64,000 nt of DNA from an uncultured Chloroflexia bacterium (GTDB lineage Bacteria > Chloroflexota > Limnocylindria > Limnocylindrales > CSP1-4). The notes beneath the pieces are model-generated. The model was not told where the DNA came from. It ran no database searches and saw only the letters and a list, made by a program, of their open reading frames with translations. Shown here piece after piece: positions 48,345 through 57,401 of this stretch. The stretch is from positions 448,001 to 512,000 of the forward strand of contig CAWEZH010000003.1 in NCBI GenBank assembly GCA_963813535.1, read 5' to 3'. The position numbers were made by a program, and so were the translations under genes. Position 1 is the stretch's first letter. The number at the start of each line of letters is the position of its first letter.

Positions 48345-48842
48345 TCAGCGCGTTCCCCACTGGTAGGTCTGCTTGACCATGCGGAGATAGACGAACGTTT
48401 CGGTCTCGCGGACACCCTCGATCGAGCGCAATCGCTCGGTCAGGAATCGCAGGAGGGCTTCGTTGTCCTCGCAGACCGTCTCGATCAGCAGATCGTAGGT
48501 GCCGGCGGTGATGACGACGTAGTCGACCTCGGGCATCTCGGCGACCGCCTCCGCGACCGACACGAGCTGGTCGCTTTCGCAGCGGATGCCGATCATCGCC
48601 ATCTGCTGGAAGCCCAGCTTCAATGGATCGGTCACACCGACGATCTGCAGGATCCCGCGCTCGATCAATCGATTCGTTCGGGCGCGGACCGCAGCCTCGC
48701 TCACACCGAGCTCCGCGGCGATCTGGGTGAACGGTCGACGGCCGTCGGCCTGGAGATGCTCGATGATCCGCTTGTCGAGGTCGGAGACCTCTTCGCTGCG
48801 GGTCGACAGAGCACGCGGTCGCGACCGGGCGACGTCGGTCAT
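48345..48842 (-). CDS. Lrp/AsnC-family transcriptional regulator
   Basis: LQADGRRPFTQIA, ITAGTYDL; ATG 6 nt after TACCCT. Confidence 0.92.
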   Translation of the reverse strand: MTDVARSRPRALSTRSEEVSDLDKRIIEHLQADGRRPFTQIAAELGVSEAAVRARTNRLIERGILQIVGVTDPLKLGFQQMAMIGIRCESDQLVSVAEAVAEMPEVDYVVITAGTYDLLIETVCEDNEALLRFLTERLRSIEGVRETETFVYLRMVKQTYQWGTR

Positions 48843-48908
48843 GACCACAGGGTACGGCCTGCTGGTCGCGGCGAGGCCGTCAGTTTCGAATCGCTCCCCG
48901 GCTGGCGG

Positions 48909-49505
48909 TCACTTCGCCTTCGGCGAGGGTGCGGCGCTCGGGACGGCAGCCGTGGTCGGCTCGAGGACCACGGGCACGCTCGTGCGGGTCTTGAGGGGTG
49001 ACAGCAATCGGTCGGTCGCGAGCACGAGGTGGCCGAGACCATCGACCTGCGGTGCGCTGAGCTCGCTCGGCTCGGCCCCGGACTTCTTGGGACCCCAGAC
49101 GATGAGGATGTTGCTGCCGGCGATGGCGATCGGCGGCTCGCCCGTCCCGGGCGCTTCGCCATCGGGCCAGGCGAGGGCCTTCGACAGCGCCTTCTCCGAG
49201 CGGTATTCGGTGATCTCGAAGGGCCACCCGAGATACGTCCCGTACACCTTGGTGACGACGTCGGTCCCCTCGGCGCCGAGCGTCGCGGTGTTGGCCGTGA
49301 TCCGCAAGCCCGCCTTGCCAAGACCGGCGAACACCTGCTTGACGGTCGCGGGAGTGGGCAGGTGCGGGTTCGGGGTGGCGCGGGGCGTCGGAGCGATAGC
49401 GGGCGGCGCCGGACTCGCCTGCGCGCCGCCGCATGCAGCCGCGACCGCGGCCGCGACGATGAGCGCGGTGGCGGTGCGTCCCGTCCGCATCTGGGGCTGA
49501 GCCAT
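48909..49505 (-). CDS. Hypothetical lipoprotein
   Basis: Signal peptide with AAAC lipobox; Pro-rich linker. Confidence 0.65.
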   Translation of the reverse strand: MAQPQMRTGRTATALIVAAAVAAACGGAQASPAPPAIAPTPRATPNPHLPTPATVKQVFAGLGKAGLRITANTATLGAEGTDVVTKVYGTYLGWPFEITEYRSEKALSKALAWPDGEAPGTGEPPIAIAGSNILIVWGPKKSGAEPSELSAPQVDGLGHLVLATDRLLSPLKTRTSVPVVLEPTTAAVPSAAPSPKAK

Positions 49506-49565
49506 GGCCGTGCGATTTTCGGGAGTAGGAGACCTCGGCGTCGACCCTACTTTGGTACCCGGCAG

Positions 49566-50483
49566 TCAGCCATCCAGCAGGCGCAGGACCGGCGCGAATG
49601 CCTCGATCGACCCTCTCGTGATCGGGTCGATCACGAGCTGCACATGGGCGATCCCCGCTCGGGCGTAGGCGCGGAGGGCATCGGCCATGACCTCCGGGGG
49701 GCCCTCGAGCGGTGGCGGTGGCGACTCCGCGTAGCTGCCCTGCACGCGACCCGTGCCGTCGGGGAACTGGATCAGCACCGCGACGGTCCGCTCGATGTCA
49801 GCCGGATCGCGGCCGACGTCGCGTGCCGCCGCGTCGACGACGTCGCGCAGCCGGGCGACGCCGTCCGGTGTATTGCCGATGTCGGCGAACCAGCTGTTCC
49901 AAGCCTGGACGTGGGGCGCCGCGATACGCAACATGCGCGGGCCGTTCGAGCCGATCATCAGTGGCGGCCCGGTCGGGCGCGGTCCACGCGGCAATAGCTC
50001 GCAGTCGCGCGCCTGGTAGAAGCGGCCATCGAAGTCGATGGCGCCGTCCTGGAGCAGCGTCCGGATGATCGTGAACGCCTCCTCGAACCGGTCGACCCGG
50101 TGGTCGAAGGGGACACCGAAGGCCCGGAACTCCGTCTCGTTCCAGCCGGCCCCGAGGCCGAGGATCAGGCGGCCGCCACTGATCTCGTCGATCGTGCTCG
50201 CCTGTTTCGCGAGGATCGCCGGGTTGTGGAACGCGGTACAGGCGACGAGCGGCCCGAACTCGATCCGGCTGGTGACGGCGGCGATCGCCGACAGCATCGA
50301 CCAGGCCTCCCACGGGCCACGCGGCGGGCGGTCCGGCCAGCGGTAGAGCAGGTGCTCGCCGAGCCAGACCGAGTCGTAGCCGAGGTCCTCGATCGCCCGG
50401 GTCATGTCGAGCAGCTCCGACCAGCGCGTCTCCCGCTCGACCTCGGGCAGCTGGATGCCGACCTTCAGCGGCCTGTGCGCCAT
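49566..50483 (-). CDS. LLM-class flavin/F420-dependent oxidoreductase
   Basis: YDSVWLGEH, SGGRLILGLGAGW, MIGSNGPRML. Confidence 0.9.
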   Translation of the reverse strand: MAHRPLKVGIQLPEVERETRWSELLDMTRAIEDLGYDSVWLGEHLLYRWPDRPPRGPWEAWSMLSAIAAVTSRIEFGPLVACTAFHNPAILAKQASTIDEISGGRLILGLGAGWNETEFRAFGVPFDHRVDRFEEAFTIIRTLLQDGAIDFDGRFYQARDCELLPRGPRPTGPPLMIGSNGPRMLRIAAPHVQAWNSWFADIGNTPDGVARLRDVVDAAARDVGRDPADIERTVAVLIQFPDGTGRVQGSYAESPPPPLEGPPEVMADALRAYARAGIAHVQLVIDPITRGSIEAFAPVLRLLDG

Positions 50484-50489
50484 CCGTGG

Positions 50490-51554
50490 CTAGTGCGCGG
50501 CGGTCGGGATGAGGGCGTCGTGCATCGCCCGCAGGTGGTCGGGCGTGCTGCCACAGCAGGCCCCGACGATCCGTGCACCGGCCGCGCGCATCTGGACGCC
50601 GAAATCCGCCATGGTCGACGGGTCGGCGCGGTAGACGGCCCGCATGTCGACGAGCTCCGGCATGCCGGCGTTCGACTTGGCGACGAGGACTACCTCCGGA
50701 TCCGCAGCGTGCATCCGCTCCATGACCGGCAGCAGCTCGTCCGGTCCGTTGCCGCAGTTGCCACCGACAGCATCGGCACCCCAGGCGACCAGCGCCTCGA
50801 CCGCCTGTTCGGGCGTGACGCCCATCATCGTGTGCCCACGGGTGTCGAAGGTCATCGTCGTGATGAGAGCGATGCCTGGCGAGGCGCGCCGGACTCCTTC
50901 GATGGCGGCTTTGATCTCGTTCAGGTCGGACATCGTCTCGATCCAGATCAGGTCGACGCCGCCGGCCACGAGCGACGCCGCCTGCTCGCGGAAGACGTCG
51001 ACGGCGATGTCGTAGTCCAGCGTGCCGAGTGGCTGCACGATCTCCCCGCTCGGGCCGATGTCGCCCGCGACCAGTGCGGTTCCGCCGGCGGCGTTGACCT
51101 CGGCACGGGCGAGGATCGCGGCCGTCCGGTTCAGCTCGTCGACACGCTCGCTCAGGCTATGGAGGCCGAGGCGCAATCGATTGCCGCCGAACGTATTGGT
51201 CATGATGATCCGCGACCCGGCGGCGAGGTAACCGCGCTGGATCCGGCGGATCACCTCCGGCTGCGTCAGGTTCCAGACCTCGGGCGGATCGCCGAACTGC
51301 AGCCCGTTGGCGAAGAGCATCGTGCCCATCGCGCCGTCGGCCATGATCGGACCCGGCTCCGCGAGCAGGTCGCGGAAGCGCTGGCTGGCCTTGCCGCCAT
51401 CGATCGCGAGGCGCATCGCCCGGTCGGGGAACCGCTCGTGGTCGACCGGTTCCAGCGTCGAGGCGGAGCCGGTGTCGGCCGTAACGGTGGTCCCGTCGCC
51501 GCGTGCGCCCGAGCGGGATCCGCGCGCCCGAAGGCCGCGGCGTGGGCTATCCAT
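50490..51554 (-). CDS. Homocysteine S-methyltransferase (stand-alone MetH/BHMT-type domain)
   Basis: DGAMGT, TNTFG, GDIGP, ETMSD, GGNCG, NAGMP, GACCG Zn ligands. Confidence 0.88.
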   Translation of the reverse strand: MDSPRRGLRARGSRSGARGDGTTVTADTGSASTLEPVDHERFPDRAMRLAIDGGKASQRFRDLLAEPGPIMADGAMGTMLFANGLQFGDPPEVWNLTQPEVIRRIQRGYLAAGSRIIMTNTFGGNRLRLGLHSLSERVDELNRTAAILARAEVNAAGGTALVAGDIGPSGEIVQPLGTLDYDIAVDVFREQAASLVAGGVDLIWIETMSDLNEIKAAIEGVRRASPGIALITTMTFDTRGHTMMGVTPEQAVEALVAWGADAVGGNCGNGPDELLPVMERMHAADPEVVLVAKSNAGMPELVDMRAVYRADPSTMADFGVQMRAAGARIVGACCGSTPDHLRAMHDALIPTAAH

Positions 51555-51647
51555 GGAGGGATGATAGCCCGCGCGACCAGCGGGTCGGCCGGATCGCTCT
51601 GCTGTGCCGGTTGACATCGATGCCCTGCCTCCGGCACCCTCCGCGCG

Positions 51648-51716
51648 ATGCATCACGTCGTCGACAGCACCGCCACCCTGTCGCAGCAGCAGCCCGCGAG
51701 GGCCCGCTCGACCTGA
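51648..51716 (+). CDS. Putative 22-aa leader peptide MHHVVDSTATLSQQQPARARST
   Basis: ATG 7 nt after TTGACA-N18-CACCCT; precedes terminator upstream of lysE. Confidence 0.35.
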   Translation: MHHVVDSTATLSQQQPARARST

Positions 51717-51760
51717 TGCCACGCGCCCGTGAGGGCGCCAGCCACGGATCTGAGAGGAAC

Positions 51761-51789
51761 GCCCTCGGCACGAACGCCGAGGGCTTTTT
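51761..51789 (+). terminator. Intrinsic terminator in 5' leader of lysE (attenuator)
   Basis: gccctcggc-acgaac-gccgagggc followed by ttttt, 25 nt before lysE ATG. Confidence 0.75.
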
Positions 51790-51813
51790 CATGTCCACCA
51801 TGGAGATCACACG

Positions 51814-52434
51814 ATGGAACCGGCACTGTTCGTCCGAGGCGTCGTCCTCGGCTTCACCATCGCGGCCGCGGTCGGCCCGATCAGCCTGCTCTGCATCCGG
51901 CGGACGTTGGCCGAGGGGCGGCTGGTCGGCATCGTGTCCGGCTTGGGCGTCGCCACGGCAGACGCGACCTATGGCGCCGTCGCGGCGTTCGGGCTGACGG
52001 CGGTCACGGACCTGTTGGTCGACTGGCGCCGCGCACTTGGGGTCGTCGGTGGCGCGTTCCTGCTGTGGCTCGCGTGGCGCACCTTCAAGTCGGTCCCGTC
52101 GGAGACGGCCACGGCAGGCAACGGCGAGGGCCGGCGAGGCCTGCCGGGCGCCTACCTGAGCACGCTCGGCCTGACACTGACCAACCCGATGACGATCCTG
52201 TCGTTCGCCGCCCTCTTCGTCGGTCTCGGGGTGACTGGGGGCGATGCAGCGGGCGCGACGCTGCTGACGCTGGGCGTCTTCACCGGCTCGGCGCTGTGGT
52301 GGGTCGTCCTCGTCACAGCGGTCGGAGCGTTCCGATCACGGCTGACGCCCACAGGTTTGCGCCGCGTGAACATCGTGTCGGGGCTCGTCATCGGGGCGTT
52401 CGGCATCGTGGCGATCGCCTCGGCGGTCCTGTGA
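51814..52434 (+). CDS. LysE/ArgO-family amino-acid exporter
   Basis: IAAAVGP, GLGVATAD, TLTNPMTI, GSALWW. Confidence 0.88.
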   Translation: MEPALFVRGVVLGFTIAAAVGPISLLCIRRTLAEGRLVGIVSGLGVATADATYGAVAAFGLTAVTDLLVDWRRALGVVGGAFLLWLAWRTFKSVPSETATAGNGEGRRGLPGAYLSTLGLTLTNPMTILSFAALFVGLGVTGGDAAGATLLTLGVFTGSALWWVVLVTAVGAFRSRLTPTGLRRVNIVSGLVIGAFGIVAIASAVL

Positions 52435-52507
52435 GCCGCGACCGCCCACCCGTACCGAGCCGCCCATGGTGACCGTCGCGGGTCGTCCGGCATCATAGGG
52501 ACGCACC

Positions 52508-53356
52508 ATGACCAGACTCGAGCGGGCAAGTCTCACGGATCCAGTCAACCTGCGACCGCTGTCGCACGGGACCGGCGCGGTCGCCCAGGTCGGCGCACTG
52601 GCGATCGGACGTGCGAACCTCGAGGCGGGCTGGCGCTGGTCTGAGCACGTGAAGCCCGTGGTCGGCACGGAGTGGTGTGAGGCCCATCACGTCCACATCC
52701 TGATCAGTGGTCGATTCGCGGTGCGACTCGCCGGAGCGACCGAGGTGGAGGAGTTCGGGCCAGGGGACGTATTCGACATCCCGCCAGGACATGACGCCTG
52801 GGTCGTGGGTGACGACGCGGTGGAGATCCTCGACGTGTCGGGGAACGTCTCCCAGTTCGGATCGCCCCAGGCGGCATCTCGCCAGATCGCGACATTGCTG
52901 ATGACGGACATCGTCGACTCCACGCCGACCGCGGCTCGGCTCGGCGATGCCCGCTGGCGGCAGGCCCTGGCCGACCACGACCGTGTCGTCCGGTACCAGA
53001 TCGATCGCTACCGCGGCCGCGAGATCGACACCACGGGCGACGGCTTCTTCGTCGCGTTCGACAGCGCGGCCGCGGCCGTGCATTGCGCCCGGGGGATCCG
53101 GGAGGCCGTTCGCGGACTCGGCCTCGAGGTCCGGATCGGTATCCATACGGGTGAGATCGAGACGACAACGGACGGCGTCCGCGGCATCGCGATCCACGCA
53201 TTGGCGCGGATCATGTCGAGCTCCGCTCCCTCCGAGATCCTGGTGTCCGCCGTCACGAAGACGCTGACGGAAGGCGCCGACCTGACCTTCGAGGAGCGCG
53301 GTCCGCGATCGTTGAAGGGTCTGACGTCGCCGATGGAGCTGTTCGCGGTCGTATAG
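52508..53356 (+). CDS. Cupin + class III adenylate/guanylate cyclase fusion
   Basis: Cupin WRWSEHVKP..C..H, IPPGHDAWV; cyclase TDIVDST, TGDG, RIGIHTGE, LKG. Confidence 0.85.
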   Translation: MTRLERASLTDPVNLRPLSHGTGAVAQVGALAIGRANLEAGWRWSEHVKPVVGTEWCEAHHVHILISGRFAVRLAGATEVEEFGPGDVFDIPPGHDAWVVGDDAVEILDVSGNVSQFGSPQAASRQIATLLMTDIVDSTPTAARLGDARWRQALADHDRVVRYQIDRYRGREIDTTGDGFFVAFDSAAAAVHCARGIREAVRGLGLEVRIGIHTGEIETTTDGVRGIAIHALARIMSSSAPSEILVSAVTKTLTEGADLTFEERGPRSLKGLTSPMELFAVV

Positions 53357-53383
53357 GGACCGCAACAGTTCGGCCGTCGCAGC

Positions 53384-53770
53384 CTACCGCCCGGTCGCTC
53401 GCTCCCGGGCGAGTTCATGGAGCCGAGCGTCGGAGATGCCGAGGTGATGGGCGATCTCGTGGTAGACCGTGTCGGCGACCGCGGCAGCCAGCCGCTCCGG
53501 CGTACGGTTCGCGCGCACGAGTGGGCCGCGAAAGATCGTGATCTTGCTGGGGAGCGGCGCGGCGTCCGCGGACCAGGCGGTCCGTGGCACGCCCTGGTAG
53601 AGCCCATACAGGCCGCGTGCGCCGGTCGCAGCGAGCTGTTCCGCCGTCGCCTCGTCCTCGACGACGATCGCGACGCTCCCGAGCTGCTCCCGGAACGGCG
53701 CCGGCAGCCGCTCAAGCGCGTCGAAGACCATGTCCTCGATCTCGGTCGGCGTGGGCTCGACTGGCAGCAC
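53384..53770 (-). CDS. Zincin-like metallopeptidase (DUF1025)
   Basis: LYGLYQG, ITIFRGP, HEIAHHLG. Confidence 0.88.
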   Translation of the reverse strand: MLPVEPTPTEIEDMVFDALERLPAPFREQLGSVAIVVEDEATAEQLAATGARGLYGLYQGVPRTAWSADAAPLPSKITIFRGPLVRANRTPERLAAAVADTVYHEIAHHLGISDARLHELARERATGR

Positions 53771-53902
53771 CGGCCAACGATAGGACGAGAGGGATCGGAG
53801 GGTGGTCCAGGTGCGGCAGCTTCATGGATGCACCTGCAGGCCGCAAGCTGGACGTGACATCGCGGACACAGCTGGCGAACCGAGTGCAATAAGCCGGCTG
53901 CC

Positions 53903-54340
53903 TCAGGCGCCGCCGCCCTTGAGCGCCGCGATCTCTGTCCGGGCCGCGACAACGAGTTCATCGTTCGTGTGGGCGTGACCCCACAGTCCCCAGCCGCCTG
54001 GCGTGGCCTCGGTGAGCAGCACCCATGTTTTCCGGGCCACTGCCGGATCGCCCGCTGCTCCGGCCACGAGCGCGGTCAGCTGCTCGACGACGGCGAGCTG
54101 CTTGTCCCGGTCGAGCGCTCCGGCGTTGGTCAGGACCTGGACCCGGATGTGCCCGGACTCGCCGTCGACGTCGGAGATCGCGTCAGCCGGCAGCTCGCGG
54201 ACGAAGGCGGCGGTGTTCTCCCGGAACATCGGGATATCTGGAACGGATTCGATGCGCATGACCGTTGCGGCGGCGGCCGTCGCGAGCGCGTGGACGTCAC
54301 GGAACGTCCCGGCGGGGGCGTGGATGTCGATCATCGGCAC
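53903..54340 (-). CDS. Tautomerase-superfamily protein
   Basis: N-terminal Pro (MPMID); WVLLTE..GGWG. Confidence 0.75.
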   Translation of the reverse strand: MPMIDIHAPAGTFRDVHALATAAAATVMRIESVPDIPMFRENTAAFVRELPADAISDVDGESGHIRVQVLTNAGALDRDKQLAVVEQLTALVAGAAGDPAVARKTWVLLTEATPGGWGLWGHAHTNDELVVAARTEIAALKGGGA

Positions 54341-54354
54341 GGTGGCTTCCTCCA

Positions 54355-54405
54355 GACTATGCTGATCGTCATAGCCAACGATGGACTATGACGTGCGTCA
54401 TAGTC
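54355..54405. promoter_or_regulatory. Two 22-bp TetR operators in divergent promoter
   Basis: gactatgctgatcgtcatagcc 54355-54376; palindrome gactatgacg-tg-cgtcatagtc 54384-54405. Confidence 0.75.
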
Positions 54406-54429
54406 AAGTACCCGGAGGGACGAACCGCG

Positions 54430-54990
54430 GTGTCCGGCGATCCACGACGGAAGATGATCGAGAGTGCGGTGACACTTCTGGCACTCCGCGGGCTCGAAGG
54501 CACGGCGTTCAGTGACGTGATCGAGCGCTCGGGTGCTCCTCGGGGCTCGATCTATCACCACTTTCCCAACGGCAAAGACCAGCTCGTCGAGGCCGCTGTC
54601 GCGTTGGCCGGCGAGCGAGCGCTGAGCGTCCTAGAGGATCTGCACGGCTCACCGCCCAGGGCAGTCACGGAGGCATTCCTCGACCTGTGGCGGGCCGTAC
54701 TGGTCCGGTCGGATCTCCGCGCCGGCTGCGCGGTGCTGGCTGTCACGGTCGCCACGGACTCGCCCGAACTGCTGGACCGCGCGGCCTCGATCTTCCGAGC
54801 GTGGCGGGGTGGGATCGCCCAGCTCTTCGTCGAGGGAGGGATGCCCGAGGACGCGGCCGCCCGGCTAGCGACGACGCTCGTCGCCGCGACCGAAGGCGCG
54901 GTGGTCGTCAGTCGCGCGGAGCGAAGCCTCGAGCCATTCGAGCTGGTCGCCGCGGAACTCCTCGCCGTGACCCCTGACGCCGGCGTCTAG
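54430..54990 (+). CDS. TetR/AcrR-family regulator (LmrA/YxaF-like)
   Basis: SGAPRGSIYHHFPNGK HTH; GCAV motif. Confidence 0.9.
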   Translation: MSGDPRRKMIESAVTLLALRGLEGTAFSDVIERSGAPRGSIYHHFPNGKDQLVEAAVALAGERALSVLEDLHGSPPRAVTEAFLDLWRAVLVRSDLRAGCAVLAVTVATDSPELLDRAASIFRAWRGGIAQLFVEGGMPEDAAARLATTLVAATEGAVVVSRAERSLEPFELVAAELLAVTPDAGV

Positions 54991-55032
54991 CGGGTCTATG
55001 GGTCAGCTCTTCGGACGATCAGGATCCGAGGG

Positions 55033-55110
55033 TGGTCGGGGAGGTGGGATTCGAACCCACGATCTCGTGCTCCCAAAGCACGTGCGATAACCAGGCTTCG
55101 CTACTCCCCG
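55033..55110 (-). tRNA. tRNA-Pro (anticodon TGG)
   Basis: CGGGGAGTAGCGAAGCCTGGTTATCGCA-CGTGC-TTTGGGA-GCACG...GTTCGAATCC...CCGACCA. Confidence 0.96.
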
Positions 55111-55274
55111 GCGGTCTCGGTCGCCGAACGGCAGATGACGCTGCGCGTGCCCGGCGTCGGCAAGCGTACAGCGCTCGACCGGAACCCTCGTGGTTCGACG
55201 ATGACGGCGCAGTAAACTGCGAGGCCGATGCGCACGCCGCGCGTCACCGGGGGGCGTCATCGGAGGGGATCACG

Positions 55275-56648
55275 ATGAGCACGACGCCGACGCTCGATGG
55301 GCCAGAGATCGTCACGCTGGCCGCTTCCCTCACCGGGCGGGTGTTGCAGCCCAGCGATGCGGGCTACGACGATGCCCGGCGAGTCCACAACGGGCTGATC
55401 GATCGCCGGCCGGCGCTCATCGTGCGCTGCCGGACGGCGGCCGATGTGGCGGCGGCGGTGCGTTTCGCTCGCGGTGGCGCGCACGAGATCTCGGTCCGGG
55501 GCGGCGGTCACAACGTCGGCGGGCTCGCCGTCGCGGACGACGCCGTGATGATCGACCTCGCCGAGATGAAGGGTATCCAGGTCGACCCGGAGGCCCGAAC
55601 GGCACGCGCCGAGGGGGGGCTGACGTGGGCCGAACTCAACGCGGCGACCGCGGAGCACGGGCTGGCGGTCACGGGGGGAGCCATCTCCACGACCGGGATC
55701 GCCGGGCTCACGCTCGGAGGCGGGCTCGGGTGGCTCATGCCGAAGTTCGGCCTGGCAGCGGACAACGTGATCGCGATCGAGCTCGTGACCGCCGACGGCG
55801 AGATCGTCGAGGTCACGGAGGAATCGGACCCGGACCTGTTCTGGGCGTTGCGCGGCGGCGGCGGAAACTTCGGTGTGGCCACCACGTTCACGTATCGGCT
55901 ACATCCGCTCGGTATGGTGACGGGCGGGCTGATCGCGCACCCGATCGACGCGGGCCCAGGGTTGCTGCGCTTCTATCGCGACGCCGTCGCGGACGCTTCG
56001 GACGATCTGGAGATCTTCGCGGGCCTGGTGCACGCACCCGACGGCTCGGGTCTGCAACTTTCGGCGCTCGTGGTCTGCCACACCGGCGACCCGGATCGGG
56101 CCGAGGCAGACCTGGCCCCGTTCAAGGCCTGGGGCTCGCCGCTGATGGTCGAGGTCGGGCCGATGCCGTATCCCGCCATGAACACGATCCTGGACGAGGG
56201 ATATCCACCCGGTTCGCTCAACTACTGGATGTCGAGCTTCACGGGTGGGATCACCGATGCGCTCATCGACGTCGCCGTCGAGCGTTTCGCGTCCACGCCG
56301 TCGCCGATGAATGCGATCCTGTTCGAGCATTTCCACGGCGCGGTGACACGCGTGCCGATGAGCGACACCGCGGTCCCACACCGCCAGGAGGGCTTCAACC
56401 TGCTGATCCCGTCCGTCTGGCTCGACCCGGCGGACACCGAGAAGAACAAGACCTGGACGCGCGAAACGCATGCGGCCTTCAGCGAGCACCTGGTCGAACG
56501 GCGCTGGCTCAATTACCTCACCGACGATCAGGGCGCGGGCGCGGTGCGCGCAGCGTACGGCCCGAACTGGGAGCGGCTCGTCAAGGTGAAGGGCCGCGTG
56601 GATCCCGACAACGTGTTCCATCGCAACCACAACATCCCGCCTGACTGA
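55275..56648 (+). CDS. FAD-binding oxidoreductase (berberine-bridge-enzyme-like)
   Basis: RGGGH covalent-FAD motif, GLTLGGG, WALRGGGGNFG, DPDNVF. Confidence 0.93.
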   Translation: MSTTPTLDGPEIVTLAASLTGRVLQPSDAGYDDARRVHNGLIDRRPALIVRCRTAADVAAAVRFARGGAHEISVRGGGHNVGGLAVADDAVMIDLAEMKGIQVDPEARTARAEGGLTWAELNAATAEHGLAVTGGAISTTGIAGLTLGGGLGWLMPKFGLAADNVIAIELVTADGEIVEVTEESDPDLFWALRGGGGNFGVATTFTYRLHPLGMVTGGLIAHPIDAGPGLLRFYRDAVADASDDLEIFAGLVHAPDGSGLQLSALVVCHTGDPDRAEADLAPFKAWGSPLMVEVGPMPYPAMNTILDEGYPPGSLNYWMSSFTGGITDALIDVAVERFASTPSPMNAILFEHFHGAVTRVPMSDTAVPHRQEGFNLLIPSVWLDPADTEKNKTWTRETHAAFSEHLVERRWLNYLTDDQGAGAVRAAYGPNWERLVKVKGRVDPDNVFHRNHNIPPD

Positions 56649-57295
56649 TCAGACCCGTACCTGGCAGGACGACGGGTAGGCAGTCAACACCCCCCGCAAT
56701 GGCTCGGCCCTGGCTAGGACCTCGTCGATGCCAAGATTGGTATAGGCCGTAGCCGGGCTGACCCGCGGCTATCGCTCTCCCGCACGTCGGCAAGCGCTTG
56801 GCGATTTGGGGTTGCCCATCGCTGCGGGGCACGCTCGCACGCCACGCTCCCTCTACATCTCGTCGGGCAGCCGCTCCGACCGTTCGCTGCGAATCGGCCT
56901 AGATCAGACGGCCGGCTGAGCGCCGGGCCTCTTTGACGGTCTTCCAGGCACGGAAATAGGCGACTTGCATCTCGTCGTACGGTCCGTCAAAACGCCGAAT
57001 GCCACATCGCGTCCAGGTCCGGTCCGATGCGATCCGGAGATCGGTGCCTATGCCATCTCCGACGCGAGGTGAACCGGAGTCGGAACGGCGTGTCGTTCTG
57101 GTCGGCTCAGGACCACGCCAGCGAACCACACGATAATCGACGATCCTACGCACACCAGACCCACGCTCACGGTCATGGACCCTACAACGCTCCCTGGCCT
57201 CAGGGCTCCCAAAGCACGTGCGATGACCGGACTTCGCTACTCCCGCGGTCGCACGGTACGCACGCAGGATCGGGCCGAGACTGAAACGAAGAAGG

Positions 57296-57400
57296 AGCTC
57301 CCGGACCGTTCAATTAGCGTTCAGTGGGGCATGTCCATTCACCGTTCACCCCCCTTAGGGGGAACGGTCGGACTGAACGGTCAACCGCGAAGGGCGAGCT
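57296..57400. repeat. Nested inverted-repeat cluster of CGTTCA/GAACGG units around CCCCCC-TTA-GGGGG
   Basis: gaccgttca 57304 pairs with tgaacggtc 57374; accgtt...aacggt 57341-57368; cgttcagt 57318 pairs with actgaacg 57372. Confidence 0.55.
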
Positions 57401-57401
57401 T

